Shown piece by piece: positions 27,620-40,330 of a stretch of 64,000 nt of DNA; positions within the stretch are counted from its first letter, which is position 1; each line of letters opens with the position of its first letter. Location of the stretch: the NCBI RefSeq assembly GCF_009914755.1, contig NC_060947.1; one strand, given 5' to 3'. The notes beneath the pieces were generated by a model. That model was given only the letters and a program-made list of their open reading frames with translations, had not been told where the DNA came from and did no database searches. The stretch comes from the human T2T-CHM13v2.0 reference genome, Homo sapiens. The position numbers and the translations under genes were made by a program.

Positions 27620-30600
27620 GCAGCTAGGGATAATGGTATGTTCTCTCCTGGATTTTGGAGCTCCACGGATTTGTGTTTTGGGTTCTCTCAGTTTCTTTGA
27701 GCAAATTTCTGATCCAAACTGTCTTTGGAAGTCATGACAGATACGGGACTGGGGCCATAATTGGATTTAATTAAGGAATCAACTGGCTTGGATCCAGTTA
27801 GAGGCCTCTTACATCTGAATGGGTCAGAAAGAAACAGATAGTAAATGGTAATATTGCAGAGGGTATAAAATTTGGCTTTTTGGAAATTCACAGGGGTTTT
27901 GTCTTCTACTCCTTTATTTCATTTTTCTTACATGCTTAGATAGGAAAAAAAAAAAATTGGGTAAGTTAATCTAGGAACCCAAGAGCAAAGCCAGTATCTT
28001 AGGTAAAAATGGGATTCTTAATTTCTGAAGAACTGAGCAGCAAATTCTTACAGAAATGGCAAAATCTTACTAAAGATTACTTCCAGTAGAATGTTCCAAA
28101 TGAACAAAACTGCACTGAAGTGCATTTGAAAATGAGAGTTCCCAAATTAGTCTCTCATCTAGGGATGCCTATTGGCATGCAGAAGCTTCTAAAAAGTTTT
28201 CGGTATTTTTATTTAAAGACTTTACATAAGGCAAATAAAAACTTGAGTGACCAATTGATTAAAAAAAGAAATCTGCCTTGCAGTTTTTCCTGATGGCAAT
28301 GAGTGACAGGATTAGGCATGTACTGGACCATGGAAAATGGGAAACATTTTCTCCTCAAAGGGGAAAAATTGAGAGCTGATGGGATTGCTGGAAAAGACTC
28401 CTTCATGACTAACAAGCAGCCATCTGAACTTTTGATTCAGGTTCGCTACAATGGGTGGGTTTTTCTCTAACCTCCTAGAGCTAATCACCTTCCACACCCT
28501 GCCACAGGCAATGATTCTCTCTTGCTCTCTCTCTGTGCAAAACAGTTGAGGGAATGATAAAATTCACTATATCTTGGAAAGTTTTAATTAATGAGAAAAA
28601 TGATTTATGAGACTACTCTTAAGCTGTAATAATCTGGTAAACTTTGTGGTATGAATTTGTCTTTTTGTGTTGTTTTGTCACGAAAGGGGTACCTTATGAT
28701 AGAACATGAGCTTAGGTTTCCATAAGCTCACTGTTCAAGATGGCCCAGCAAGCTAGTCAGTGACAAACTTTGCTGCAAGTCTCTGAAACAAACAAAAAAC
28801 TGGATGAGGTCTCCATCTTGTTTTATGTCCTTAGGAGCTTGATCTTGTAACTACATTGTGGTACTTTCTCTTGGTCTTTGCCATCTAGGGAACAGGAATT
28901 TGGTGGTTCATGTAACAGCTCTACAAATTATCTTGAGTAGTTAAAAGTCATTGCAAGCTCAAAATTGACTGCTCTAGACTCCTTCTGGGAAGAGCAATGG
29001 AAACTTCCCAATGCTCCTTTGCCTCAGCAGCTAAGGCTTTGCCATTTCAAAATGGTGGCCTGGGTTCAATCTTGGCTTAGGGAATTAGTATATTTCTTGT
29101 TGATATCTGTGTGACCTTTAACATTTGTTGATTCTCTTCCCCTCCATGAACAACTTCTAGGTTCCCTTCTTAAGTTTTCCTTTCTCTGAGCTACCTTTGA
29201 AGATTCCAACTTCTGTAACAACTGTTTACCACCTCTTTGAAAATACCTCATACACTTGTACACTCATGGTTAAGCCATAACCTTTTTTAAAGCTTGTTAG
29301 TTTTACCCATGAGGTTAATTTTGGTAACATTTAAAAGCCAGGAATAGTTCCTGTTTGGCCTGGCTAAAGTAGGGTAATAAGAAATTTACAAGGAATTTTT
29401 TTTTTTTTTTTTTGCAAGAGCTGTGGTTAAAAGTCAGCTTAATTAAAAGTGGCTATCCAACCTCTACGTATATTTAAGAGGCCTTTTTTTGTTTTCTTTC
29501 TCTTCTTGAATCTTATTTTTCTGAAGCAAAGGGTGTTTTCTTTTCTTCTCAGTGGACTGAAATGTTTTTTCTTTATTTTTTTCTTCTTGCCACTCATAAT
29601 GCACACCTGAGAGGACCTAAGATAACTTCTAATAGTGTGGGACTCCTTGGGAAAAACAGAGTAGCCACCATAGATCCTGTTTTAGGAAAAACCTCTGTTT
29701 TTCTTGTGAAACCCCAGGAATTCAAAGTATATAGATCCCTCTCAAAATGTAAGGCTGTGTTGTGTTTTTCATTGTGTTATCTGATAAGTTTGAGTTAAGC
29801 GATTAACGGAAATTACTTCTCAATATGAGAGAACTTTTGTGTGTAATAACTGGGTAGGAAATGTACTTTTAGGGATGGCTAATTGCATTTATGTCAGATA
29901 CTCAGCTCTTTGCATGTTTGGATTAGAGATGCATACGCTTGGCCACCTAGAAGGTATGGAAATGTTCCCACCTGGCACTGAGAGATAAGACTCCCATTGG
30001 TGATAGGCTGATTGCAAGATGGGCTGATTGCAAAATCGGCTGATTGGCTGGGTTGCCATGCAATGAAATGCAAGGTATAAGCATTACACTGTCTTCTCCC
30101 ATAGCATTTCTGTTTCAGGGGATCCAGAATGTGATATAAAAATGGGACCCTTAATTTTGGAAATCTGCTTTTGTCTTCAAGCTCTGCCTGTTTATAAGGC
30201 CCTAGAAAATGCATGCTTTTCTGGCCCTCTTCCTTGAAGAACTCCATCTTGAAGCCAGTAATCCATTTAAGAAAGTTAAAAACTGGCAAATGAAAAATCT
30301 GACAACTACTGGATCTTCTTCTGTCTGTATGCATAGTTATATATGTGTTGTGTTTGTGATGTTTATATAAAAGAGCTCTAATTAATTGGCTTAAAGAAAA
30401 ATAAGCAAATTGATTTCAAATCAAATAATTTAAAGACTTTGTCAAAAAATTAAAACTAATGCCTTTTACTTCATGTGACTTAATAAGCTTTCAGAAATAA
30501 AGAGTTTTAAAAATTATTGGTAACATAAAGACATTTTGTCTAAATCAAGCAGTTCAGATATTAGGTTTGCTAAATGATTTTAGGTAATAAACTGCTTTTT

Positions 30601-33161
30601 TGGCTTTTAAAAATCGTTCAACTCGCCGCTTTACAGCTTGGTAAGGTAAGTTCTGGGACATATGGAGTTACCTATGCCCCTAGTTATGCTGAAAAGAATC
30701 AGACCATATCTGCACTTCAGTCTGGTGACCTAGGCTCCAAACCTAGTACGTAATTAAAATCACTTGCTTACCAGGCTTTTCATCAAAGATAAAAATTGCT
30801 AAAAGTTGACATTGTAACATGTGACTAAGACTACTAAAAAATGTTGTACATGCAAGGTGTGTGAAGACAGTGAAATATGCTTTTAATAAAAGATTATAAC
30901 AAGGCATGAAAATGTAAATTTTTGCCTGGTTTAGAGGATTAAAGGATTGTTTTAAATCAGATAGGATAAAGCTGAAGTTTTGAGTAAGTTGTGAAGGATT
31001 CGAGAAAAATTGATCTTGTAAAAAATTCTGTGTGATATATATTAGCTAAATTTAAAAGGGTATTACTTATTTTTTTCTGTACATTGAACATTGGAATAAA
31101 AGCACGACAGGGTTTACTTTAAGAACTGATCTGCTCTTTAACAAATATTTGTAGAGGATTAGAGAAAGTTTCTGAGCATCTCACCTTATGGTCAAACTGA
31201 TTAAGATTGACAGATTTGTCTATAAGGTTTTATTAAAGATTGGAGTTGACGTTAATAGTACACTAATGCAAAGGTGAAATTTGGCTTTCTTTCTTGAACC
31301 AGATACTCATGTAATATTAAATAATAATGCAAATTTTTGTTTTACTTTTGAATAAAATACTGAACAAAGAAATAAAGACAAGGGACAGATTGTTTTGAAA
31401 GCTAAATTGTCCCTCTCTCAATGAGTAATGATTTATGCCTTTTTAAGGTTTTTGAGTCATCATTTTGGCCAACTGAATGACTTATGGTGACCTGGAATTC
31501 TATTTCATAATATCAAGTGTTTTAAACCTTTAACATATTTTATAGGCTTTCCAAAATCAAATTTCAGCTTCAAAATAGTCTCTTCTGACCTCTAACTTTG
31601 GGATGCTACAGAGAACCCCTGAAGCATCCAAAGGAGAGGTAAACAGGATTATTTAACATGTTAAGTTACATGAGAAGCATTGTCAAAACAAAAAATTATG
31701 TTTCACCTTCTTTAGGTTATATTTTAGTGAATGACATTAACATATGTTACAAAATTGCATGGGATTGCTAAAATTCAAATATGTCTAAGTATATGTTATC
31801 AATCATAATTATGGTTATTATATTAAGTTATTGTAGGCCACAGAAATAGCCAAATTTCCTTGTCAATTGTGTTTTTAACTATAACCATTTAAAGTCATTT
31901 CCATATTAATTGCTTAATGCTGACACAGTTTCTGAAAACTTCACAAACACACAAAATCGTAGAATATAGTGTCTTCTAGGAGGTTCATGAAAAGATGGAA
32001 AGGACCCTGAAAGCACTCTTGAATATAGGTTTCTAATAACTCTAAAATCATTATCATTTGGACTGAGTAAGAATTCCTGAAACTTTAATGAAAAGAACAT
32101 TGTCAGGAGGCTTTCATGCTTCTAGATGGATATCATTTGTTAGGTCCTTTTTCTATGATTTGGATTCAGAGAAGCAATAATTAGAAATGTATCTCCCATG
32201 ATGGGATCTATTGCAGATCCTACTGGAAAGGCTATGGTTACACAACAAACTTTAAATTCTCTTGGGAAACTTCTGCTAAATAATAGAATTCTTCTAGATT
32301 ACTTTCTGGCTAAACAGAAGTATCTGTGCAGCTGCTGGCCCTTGTGGACAATGGAAAAATATATTACATCAGGTATTATAGCGATCCAGTTGTAGGGGAT
32401 TAGCGAAGATACTCTTTAGTTAAGAGAGTAGAGTCCATCAGGCTCATTCTTTTGTCTGTTTGATTTTAGGTGGTTTAATTTATGGGGACCCTGGGTTAGA
32501 AGCATACTCCAAACTCTTGATATTATCCTCCTGATAGTCATAATAGTAGTCTCCCTGGTGTGTTGTATTTCCTAAAACATTTTAAATGTTTGCATGTAAC
32601 CATCTCTAGAATGCCAAATGGTCTCTCTTCAACTGGCATGACAAGAGCTACAAGAAATGTGTGACCATGAGGACATCATAACCTATGAATGACATGCTGA
32701 GACTGGAACCCCAAAATGGTGGTAACTGAGATTGGCACTAAGGCCTTAATTTTTGGTCACACTTTCACCTAAGTGAGAACCTGACCAAAAAGGGGGAATT
32801 TATTTAAACACAATTATGGAAGGTTATTGTTTTGGACTGAGCTCATGCACTAGGCCCCAAGAGACAAAATCAAGCAAAAATGGAATGTTCATGCTAAATG
32901 TGATGTAATCAAACTAAGACTTTAAGGAAAAGCATAGGTTCTGGAACAGACATGGTTTTGTTTTTCTCCTATAAACAGTGTTTTCCAGCATAAGGAGATA
33001 ACCTCCACTCAGTCCTTGTTCCACCTTGCAAAACCCATAGTTTTACTATTTCCCAGTGGGTTTCTAGACCAAATAAGTACATTTACAATGGTGATAGTGA
33101 CATCAATGACTAAAGTTTCGGTCAATCTCATAAAATTGAGAAAATTACCAAATGGGGAAAT
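27620..33161 (+). mobile_element. MER57/MER4-group non-autonomous internal sequence, 5' LTR missing
   Basis: Leader motif GGATCCAGTTAGAGGCCTC; env TM remnant; PPT abutting the MER57 LTR. Confidence 0.7.
32130..32600 (+). pseudogene. ERV env TM remnant (heptad repeat, ISD, membrane anchor)
   Basis: QQTLNSLGKLLLNNRILLDYFLAKQ; downstream GPWVRSILQTLDIILLIVIIVVSLVCC. Confidence 0.8.
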
Positions 33162-33558
33162 TGTTAAATCAAGTTTAGCCTAAAGCTGCCTTCTGACATA
33201 TTAAAGTTTGGTCTAAAGGTTTTTCTGTACATCATGAACTATATCAAGTGGAGGTCTAAAGAGACCATAGCCTACACTTGTGCCAATCAATGATATTTGG
33301 CCAATTAAATGTAGCCAATTGTTCAAACCATGTTCAAATAAGGCAAATGCTGAGCTGTAACCTATCCAGCTGTTTCTGTACCTCACTTTCATTTTCTGTA
33401 CTTCACTTTCCTTTTTCTCTCCATAGATCTTCTTCCACCGCATGGCTACATTGGAGTCTTTGAGCCTACTGTGACTTAGAAGTCTGTCTGATTTGCAAAT
33501 CATTCATTGCTCAATTAAACTCCTTTAAATTTAATTCAGTTGAAGTTTTTTTTTATCA
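33162..33558 (+). mobile_element. MER57 (A/B) 3' LTR
   Basis: TGTTAAATCAAGTTTAGCCTAAAGCTGCC start; CCAAT boxes; ATTAAACTC...TTTTATCA end. Confidence 0.85.
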
Positions 33559-34309
33559 CTAGTAAAAAATATATCTCTATTCTGCATATTCCTTGATTTT
33601 TTCTGGGAAAGATATTTCTCACTTGACTATTAGTTTACATTAAATGTAAAGTTAATGATAATTATACCACAGATATTAGAACTGTGTTACAATTTTACAT
33701 AGTCATTTACTAGTAGACATACGTTATTTTGTATATATACATAAACATTTTTTCAGAAAAAAAGTTTCATTTTTAAATGAAGAATTTTTAGACATATTTG
33801 CTGACGAAAACACAAAATACAGATAGCTAGAAAATCATCATTATATTTCTTAAAATAAGAAGAAAAATATTCAGCTTTAATATGAGAATTTTGTCTACAA
33901 TGCATTCAGTTCAGTTTAGATAGTGTCACCTACTGCCTGAGTAAAACACCACACATCTTTCTTGAACTTTGCAGGTTCTTTTCTTTCCAAACAGAACATT
34001 CTTAAATTTTATCAACTCCTTCGTTTAAATTCTTCATTTATTTATCATTAGAATATGAGATACTTTCATATAGAAATAACTACTTTTTCAAATGTAAATC
34101 CTTCTGCTGAGCCCAGTAGAATTCAATTAATGTTTATCAAATTGAATTAAAGCACAAATTCATGGTAAAAATATAATTAGTTAAAAGATTTGTTTACCTA
34201 TTTTTTCCTGCACTTCTTACTCATTCATTATGTAATATTTGTATAATAGTATACCATACATTAAAGCATACTTAAAAAGTAAATCATTTCAATTAATAGA
34301 ATGTATTAT

Positions 34310-34510
34310 GTTTTCTCCCTGAGTTCAAATCCTAGTCCTGCCCCTTCTCTGGTTGTGTAGCCTTTGATAAATTGTTCAACCTCTTAATGCTGAAATTTTC
34401 TTATTTGCAAAATGGGGAGCACAAAAATGGGACCCACCTTAAAAAGTAATTATGGCAGTTATATGAATTAATGTATGTAAATATATATGTATAGTAAGTG
34501 TTTTATGTGT
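34310..34510 (+). mobile_element. MIR
   Basis: GAGTTCAAATCCTAG...TTTTCTTATTTGCAAAATGGGG. Confidence 0.65.
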
Positions 34511-34553
34511 TTGTATTTAGTTGATGTTTGAAAAATGTTATTCACGTATAAAC

Positions 34554-35083
34554 TGTGAATAACTAGAAGCAGAAGACAGTTGAGGTTCCTTAACAAAAAA
34601 CAGATTACCATGAGAAAAAGAAACAGTAGTTTATTATCATGTATATCTCATATATACATAGATGCTATCTTGAAAAATGAATAATGTCAAAGAGGTGGCC
34701 TAGAACTCTGGTGTGTTAGCATCTTCAACTGTAATAAACAAAAAAGGGTATAGAGGAGGCAAGACATGGAACAGTAATCAGAAAATGCAGGGTAAAAAAG
34801 AGTAAGGTTTGCTATGCAGTTATAAGTCAATGTCTTCTCCATTGATAAGAGTCTCTTGTGATTTCATCATCCTTCTTTCCTTGGTACACAGGAACACTTA
34901 CAAATGGAGATTTCCTTTAAAAGTATAAAGTTTTTCTCATAAAAGGGTAAACTGTGCTGTTTTTAGAATTTCTCCTATGTCTGCTATTTCTCAAAATAAC
35001 CAGATTAAAAAAAATTTATGCCAAAAAGGCATATTTTGATCTCCTACAGTCATATTTTAGGATGGCAAATGTTGGAATCCTAC
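34554..35083 (-). mobile_element. MER34/MER39-family LTR
   Basis: Reverse complement TGTAGGA...CAAAATATGCCTTTTTGGCATAA...TATTTTGAGAAA. Confidence 0.6.
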
Positions 35084-35101
35084 ACATCAAAAGTCCATAG
35101 T

Positions 35102-35464
35102 TATATTAGTCCATTTTCACACTGCTATGAAGAAATATCTGAGATCGGGTAATTTATAAAGAAAAAGAGGTATAATGGACTTACAGTTCCACATGGCTGG
35201 GGAGGCCTCACAATCATGGCGGAAGGCAAACGAGATGCAAAGTCACATGGTACATGGTGGCAGGCAAGATAGAGCATGTGCAGGCAAACTTTCCTTTATG
35301 AAACAATCAGATCTCATAAGACTTATTCACTATCAAGAGAACAGCACAGGAAAAACCCATCCCTATGATTCAATTACCTCCCACTCGGTTTCTCACACAT
35401 GTGGGAAATATGAGAGCTACAATTCAAAAAGAGATTTGAGTGGGGACACAGCCAAACCATATCA
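35102..35464 (-). mobile_element. THE1B-like solo LTR
   Basis: MaLR termini; TSD ATAGT (35097-35101, 35465-35469). Confidence 0.92.
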
Positions 35465-35775
35465 ATAGTTTACATTAGGATTCACTGTTGGTGTTATGCA
35501 TTCTATAGGTTTTGACAAATGTATAATGACATGTATCTATTATTGCAATATCATACTGAATAATCTCACTCCTATAAAATCCTCTGTGCTTTGCCTGTCC
35601 TTCCCACACTACCCCGTAACCCCAGCAACCACTAACCCCACTAACCTTTTCACTGTCTTCGTAGTTTTGCCTTTTACAGAATACCATATACTTGGAATCA
35701 TATACTGTATAGCTTTATTTCACTTAGCAATATGTATTTAGATTTCCTGCATGTGTTTATATACCTTGATAACTC

Positions 35776-35814
<39 letters not shown>

Positions 35815-35824
35815 TCCTTCTTTC

Positions 35825-35856
<32 letters not shown>

Positions 35857-36135
35857 GACAGAGTCTCACTCTGTCACCCAGACTGGAGTGTGGTAGTGCA
35901 GTCTAGGCTCACTGCAATCTCCGCCTCCTGGATCAAGTGATTCTCCTGTCTCAGCCTCCAGAGTAGCTGGGACTATAGGTGCACACCACCATGCCCAGAT
36001 AATTTTTGTATTTTTAGTAGAGGAAGTGGTTCACCATATTGGTCAGGCTGGTCTCGAACTCCCAACCTTAGGTGATCCACTTGCCTTGGCCTCCTAAAGT
36101 GATGGGATTGCAGACATGAGCTACCAGACCTGGCC
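35776..36135 (-). mobile_element. AluS with (TTTC)n-derived tail
   Basis: Full dimer on the minus strand; tail reads (CTTT)n then Tn. Confidence 0.92.
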
Positions 36136-36692
36136 AGTTCATTTCTTTTTAGTGCTGAGTGATATTCCATTGTCTGAAGGAAAAATAGTTTATTTATTCA
36201 TTCATCTACTGAGTAACATTTTAGCTGCTTTTAAGTTTTGACAATTATGAATAAAGCTGCTATAAATATTCTTTTGCAGGCTTTTGTGTATACACAACTT
36301 TTCAGTTCATTTGAATAAATACCAAGGGGTGTGATTGCTAAATCATATGCTAAGATTATGTTTAGTTTTGTAAAACACTGCCAAAGTATCTCTCCCAATG
36401 GCTGTAATATTTTGCATACCCATCAGCAATAAATGAAAGCTACAATTGCTCCACATCTTCACTAGCATTTGATGTTAGTGTTTTTGAATTTGATCATTCT
36501 AATAGGTCTGTAGTGGTACTATGGCATTTTGGAATCAATGCTTCATTTAAAGAGTAATGATTCTTGTAGAAAATTTAGGCCTCTGGAAATAATTCTGAAA
36601 AAAATCAGACTTTGCACTATCACTCAAGTACTAAAACACTTTTAAAGTGTTGTAAGTGGTGTCATAATTAAGACACAAATTACCTTATGATT

Positions 36693-37265
36693 TGTTAAAG
36701 AAATTAAGTAACACTTAGAAGAACATTACCATATGTGTGTCAGGTGAGATACAATGAAAAAATGAAGCCAAACTGCATGAAATAAAGGATGTTTATTACT
36801 CACAGGTCAGGGAGATTATAAGTGTGTACAAGAGGCTGATGAGAAGTCCAGAGACAGCAGGGTGCTCAACCTGTAAGTGGTAAACAAGAAAGAGAGACAG
36901 AGAGAAAGAAAGAGAGAGAAAGAGAGAAAACTTATAGAAGTATGCCCTTATTAAGGACAATAGGCATTATTTTTTATCCTTTTCCAAAAGGGTTGTAGAA
37001 TAGCTGGTTTACATAAACCTGCATGAAGGAGAAACATATTTACAGGACTCTGGTGACGGTCATTAGGTTTCACTGTAATTAGCATCTGCGGGTTGTGTGG
37101 GGTCAGTGAAATAAAAAACAAGCAGGTGCTGTTACAAACAATCATGTGGGAAGAGGAAGTTTTAACTAGACTAAAGCTGATGAGGCATGACTGGATTACA
37201 AACAACTTGTGTCTGTCCTAAAATGGATGCTGAGGCAACAACTATGTTAAACAAATTCATAACAT
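36693..37265 (-). mobile_element. MER54-like ERVL LTR
   Basis: Reverse complement starts TGTTATGAATTTGTTTAACATAGTTGTTGCCTCAGCATCCATTTTAGG. Confidence 0.55.
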
Positions 37266-39689
37266 CTTATCACACATTACTTTATCTACATCTGTATCTA
37301 TATTTATGTATATTTATATATAAATTGTGTATATAAATTTACATATAAAATCCTCTGTGCTTTATATGTATATAATATGCCTTATATGTGTATACGTATA
37401 ATGTGCTTTATATGTGTATAATAAATACAGAATTTATATATAAATATATACATAATTTATTTTCTACATCATTATAATGTTACAAGTACATTATAAATCA
37501 TCTAGGAACATGTACTGCTGTTTAGAATTTTGAGTGAAACCAAAGGAACTAGCCCAGTGTCTTGTATACAGTAAGTGCTTAATACAGACTATTAATGATG
37601 ACTGTGCGAATTTCTGTATGAAAGCATACTTACACGTATTTTATATGTAGTGAATATATATTTACAAATAATTGAAACAATAAAATGGAGTTTTAACATA
37701 CATCTTTAAACTACTATTTGTAACAAACATAAATCTAAGTAATTATTCAGTAAAAGTTTAATAAAACATATTAATGTAATTAGCAAATAACATTTTCTGT
37801 TGTTCTGACATTAGAATGTATTTGTGTGCTTTGTACAATATGGCCAGAATAATTAGAAATAACTCTTCATTTTCTCATTTGTATGCTTATACTGCATTTA
37901 CATCTGGAAGTCCAATTGCTTAGAATCTGCTACAGGACTTCTATGGATATATTTAATAAGGACAACTTGGCCATAATGAGCTTAAATTTTGAACTGTCAG
38001 AAGCAGATGGATTAGAATGTGTGGTTCATTGATTTATATATAAATACAGATTCCACCCCCTCAGAGACTCCCGTTTTACATTCTCAGAAAAACATAAGAA
38101 AGAAAAGATCAAAAGCCACAGACCTTTTGAAACATGTTAAGTTAGCCTATAAAATAAAACAAAGCAATTATATTTCCTAGGCTCATGTGGCTTTAAAAGT
38201 GCTGTAAATTTCCCTGAAGCATGTTTGAAGCAAGCATTCCTAAGAAGCTTAATAGAAACTCTTTTAACAAAATGTCTTTCCATCCCTCCCTATTTTCTAT
38301 GATTTATTTTGTTTCTACTCATTTAACAAAATAGTTTTTCATTTGTCTGTGTATAAAAACCTTTTATTTCAGAATTTTCCATTGAAGATTCTATTATGTA
38401 CTTCTTTTATGCTATTAATTATCAAGTAGGCACACAAATTTACTCAATTTAAAATTTAGAAATATTTAATTTTCTGTTTTCTTGTTGCCATTATTTGCTT
38501 ATAGTTTTACAAAGTTTACAAACAATATTAACTATCACAAAATTTATATTTTTGACAGTTATTCATAGAAGAAAAAAAATAGACTGTATTTTAATAGCAT
38601 ATTTAATTACATGTCTTATAATGTTTTTACATGTGGACTTGATTATTTGATTATTTGCATTAATTGTGTGTTACTGAATTATGCCTGATTTTGAGTTATA
38701 ACTTAATAAACCTTTTCTTAAAAAGGTATGCATTTATCCACATACATTTCAAAGCAAAAAGGGATTTTTTTCTTTTATACCTGTTATAGATCAGACAATA
38801 GAAAATCTCAACGAAATACCTGGACTTAATGAAACACATACAGTAGGATACAAATATTACAATCTTTAATATAGTCTTTTAATTTCTCAACTTTGTAAAT
38901 TTGGTAACCATCTAACAATGTGAATCTAATGTACAGCCAATTTCCTTGTTGCAGCCAAAATTTTGTAAGGAAGGTTGGAAGTGAGAAAATAATGAATCAA
39001 TTTCCTTAGCCTACAAAGATTTTACAATAGCATATTGGAAAATATTAGAAAAGAGTCAGTCTTGGTTTTGCTAAATTCAACAGGTAACTTTGAACAGTCA
39101 GTCACTTTTCTTCTGCTCTCATCTTCCTAATCTAGGAAACAAATTGACAATTATATGTCAACTCTGGACAAACAAAATTTGAAATCAGGTCTATTTGGGA
39201 AAATATCACCTGAATATTTTGATATACAAGTAGCTGGACTCATATATTTTAAGGATCTGTGTGGAAAAGCAGATAAGGCTTGGGAATTCTATCATATACT
39301 AAAGTGAATCTAGGGTAGAAACTAAAAATATAACATAAAATAATGAGAAACAGCAACATTTAGAACAAGTGCAGAAGAAGTAAATCAAAGTTATTTATCG
39401 TGATAGAAAGATAGTTTTCAAATGTAGCAGGTAGATGCATTATGTGAAAATCACCCTTTGGAAGGAGCCATATTGTATATTTAAAATTATATATATACTA
39501 ATAATATATTTTATGTATATGATTATACATAAAATATAGTCTTGATTAGTTGCATTAATTGTGTTCCATTTAATTATGCATGACTTTGAATTATACCATA
39601 ATAAAGCTGTTCTAAAAAAAGTATGAACTTATCCACATGCATTTCAAAGCAAATAGAAATTTTGATTTTCATTGTTACGATATATAACA

Positions 39690-40075
39690 ATATTCATTAA
39701 ATATAAATTACATTCAAATATAATAAATATAATATTCCTTATAATATAAAATAATGTAAGTTATGTAAAACAGTTTATATTACCTTATTATAATATATTA
39801 TATAATTATTTTATATATTTCTATTCATACATGAATATGTATTTTAATATATTTATTATATATAATGATATAATGCATAGATGATATATAATAATAACAA
39901 ATATAGATTATACCTATAATATAATTATTTTATATATTATGTTTGTAACATATTTATATTGTTAGAATATAATATGTTTATATAATAAAATATATTATTA
40001 AATATATATTTAATGTTTTCAATTATGCATTTAATAATATATTTTAAATTATATATATATATATATAATTTTTTA
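39690..40075. repeat. AT-rich low-complexity region
   Basis: Degenerate (TA)n. Confidence 0.85.
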
Positions 40076-40123
40076 AAAACCACTATTTATTTATCAGGTT
40101 ACTAAATATTGCCCCAATACTAG

Positions 40124-40330
40124 TGTTGCAGGACCTTTCCTTAGTTCAGCTAAGGACAAGGTTTTTTGTCCCATGGCCATGAAAATTAAGGCTGGCAGAC
40201 AATTTAAATGGTGAGTGAGACAGGGTTTTCTTGGGTGAAAAGGAAGAAAAAGGGGAAACAGCGACTCTTGGTAGGCCAGAGTTCCTGCTAGAGAGCTTCC
40301 TGCCCACTGTTCGAATTTCAGAATCCACAC
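40124..40330 (-). mobile_element. ERV1 LTR 3'-end fragment (MER61/LTR9-like)
   Basis: Reverse complement ends TTAGCTGAACTAAGGAAAGGTCCTGCAACA; cut abruptly at the L1. Confidence 0.6.

Larger units (their letters stand above)
35084..36525 (-). mobile_element. Old L1M 3' fragment hosting THE1 and Alu insertions
   Basis: AAAGTCCATAGT|TTACATTAGGATTCAC reads through the THE1; ATGAATAAAGCTGCTATAAA. Confidence 0.75.

Noticed and set aside
29894-30334. 146-aa minus-strand ORF
   Set aside because: Antisense to the MER57 internal region with no recognisable motif
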